From assembly GCA_951406725.2 (NCBI GenBank), contig OX597815.1:178808001-178872000 (forward strand): a stretch of DNA of 64,000 nucleotides, in the 5' to 3' direction. The stretch is from Octopus vulgaris. Lineage: Eukaryota. A program made the translations under genes and the position numbers. The notes under the pieces are model-generated. The model saw only the letters and a program-made list of their open reading frames with translations. It did not search any database and was not told the origin of the DNA. Below, piece by piece: positions 62,031-64,000 of this stretch (the first letter of the stretch is position 1; every line of letters starts with the position of its first letter).

Positions 62031-62739
62031 TGCCTTGAAGAATTTTTAGTCAGATGAATTGACCTTAGTGCTTATCGTTTTTTGTAAGCCTGGTACTTTT
62101 TTCTGTTTAACGCTTTTTCCCAAACCATAAATACATCAGCACCGGTTGTTATGCAGCAGTGGGGAATAAATACACACACACACACAATATTTTACATTCT
62201 TATCTCCATATTTTGAGGGCATGCCCTGGCACATCACCACCATCTCTCTCCTTGATCATTCTCTCTCCTTCTGAATGAGGTAACCATGTATCACCTCTAA
62301 CAGCAATACACCTGTTTCTGTCCCTCTGTCACACTCTAACCCCTCATCACCAAGCATAAGGCCACCTCCTCCAACACCCCTCACCTCCCAAAGGATCTTT
62401 GTCTTGTGAAATGCTAGGTGACCCTGCCAGTACTAGTGCCAAAACCCAGGCCACCCTGTAAAGTAGTTGGCATTAGGAAGGGCATCCAGCTGTAAAAACC
62501 CTGCCAAAATAGACCTCACTGGTGCTGGCACCAGATAAAAAGCACTCGCTCCATCCTGTAAGGTGGTTGGTATTAGGAAGGGCATCCAGCAGTAAAACCC
62601 ATGTCAAAACAGAAAAAAATGGAACCTGGTGCAGTCTTCTGCCAAGCCAGTTCCTGTCAAACTGTCCAACCCATGACAGCTTGGAAAACAGATGTTAAAT
62701 GATGATGATGATGATGATGATAATATATATATATATATA

Positions 62740-64000
62740 TATCATCATCATCATCATCGTTTAGCATCCGCTTTCCATGCTGGCATGGGTTGGACGGTTC
62801 AACTGGGGTCTGGGAAGCCAGAAGGCTGCACCAGGCCCTGTCTGATTTGGCAATGTTTCTACAGCTGGATGCCCTTCCTAACGCCAACCACTCCATGAGT
62901 GTAGTGGGTGCTTTTTACGTGCCAGACGAGGCTGGCAAACAGCCACGATCGGATGATGCTTTTTACGTGCCACCGGCACGGAGGCCAGGCGAGGCTGGCA
63001 ATGGCCATGATCGGATGGTGCTTTTTACGTGCCACTGGCACGGAGGCCAGTCGGGGCAGCGCTGGCAACGGCCACATTCAGATGGTTCTATGTGCCACCG
63101 GCACTGGTATCACAGCTACAATGTTGATCGATTTTGATTTTCACTTGCCTCAACAGGTCTTCACAAGTAGAGTTTTGTGTCCCAAGAAGGAAAGGTATGC
63201 ATAAGTGGACTGAGGCCACGGGTTATGGTCTCACTTGTCCTGCCGGGTCTTCTCACGCACAGCATATTTCTAAAGGTCTCGGTCTCTAGTCATTTCCTCG
63301 GTGAGACCTAAAGTTCGAAGGTTGTGCTTCACCACCTCGTCCCAGGTTTTCCTGGGTCTACCTCTTCCACAGGTTCCCTCAACCGCTAGGGTGCAGCACT
63401 TTTTCACACAACTATCATCATCCATTTTCGCCACATGGCCATACCAGCGCAATCGTCTCTCTTGCACACCACAACTGATGCTTCTTAGGTCCAACTTTTC
63501 TCTCAAGGTACTTACACTCTGTCGAGTATGAACACTGACATTACACATCCATCAGAGCATACTGGCTTCATTTCTTGCGAGCTTACGCATATCCTCAGCA
63601 GTCACGGCCCATGTTTCACTGCCATGTAGCATGGCTGTTCATACACATGCGTCATACAGTCTGCCTTTTACTCTGAGCGAGAGGCCTTTTGTCCCTAGCA
63701 GAGGTAAGAGCTCTCTGAACTTTGCCCAGGCTATTCTTACTCTAACAGTTACACTTTCAACACACCCGCCCCCGCTACTGACTTGGTCACCTAGGTAATG
63801 GAAGCTATCAACTATTTCTAGTTTTTCTCCCTGGAATGTGGCGGAAGTTGCTCTCTGCGCATTTTCAGTGTTTATTGCTCCTGAGCATCTGCCACATACA
63901 AAAACTATTTTCCTAGTTAGCCTTCCCTTGACGTTGATGCACCTCTTATGTGTCCATAGCTTACACTTGGTGCATCTTATAGAGTTTCTACCTACGCCTT
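62740..64000 (-). mobile_element. RTE-clade LINE: RT C-terminal region plus 3' UTR, running off the window end; pseudogenised
   Basis: Minus-strand translation gives NSIRCTKCKLWTHKRC...FVCGRC, SFHYLG, MLHGSETW, ERRLRWYGHV, GRGRPRKTW, with three in-frame stops and a (GAT)n tail. More than 25 further 3'-end fragments are scattered through the window. Confidence 0.93.

Overview
AT-rich, repeat-dense eukaryotic genomic DNA. The repeat families suggest a coleoid cephalopod such as Octopus, but this is inference only. One host gene is clearly supported: an 11-exon SPOUT1/C9orf114-family SPOUT methyltransferase on the + strand (19215-47038). All of its GT-AG phases are consistent and the joined CDS is 1155 nt (384 aa). 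The rest is mostly mobile DNA: dozens of RTE-LINE 3' ends, three tRNA-derived SINE families, decayed R4-like, CRE-like and CR1-like non-LTR fragments, three mariner relics, two Helitrons, several MITEs/foldbacks, microsatellites and a U6 snRNA pseudogene. Four observations stand out. (1) A non-autonomous element joins a tRNA-type Pol III head to hammerhead-ribozyme-like units; it occurs as a tandem array and as 5'-inverted inserts with 13-bp TSDs (Penelope/retrozyme-like). (2) Two further minimal hammerhead motifs lie in elements inserted in microsatellites. (3) A U6-RTE chimera and two locally templated RTE 5' junctions are present. (4) A CpG-rich Mutator-type MITE sits about 140 bp upstream of the SPOUT1 start codon. 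Most ORFs in the six-frame track are repeat artefacts.
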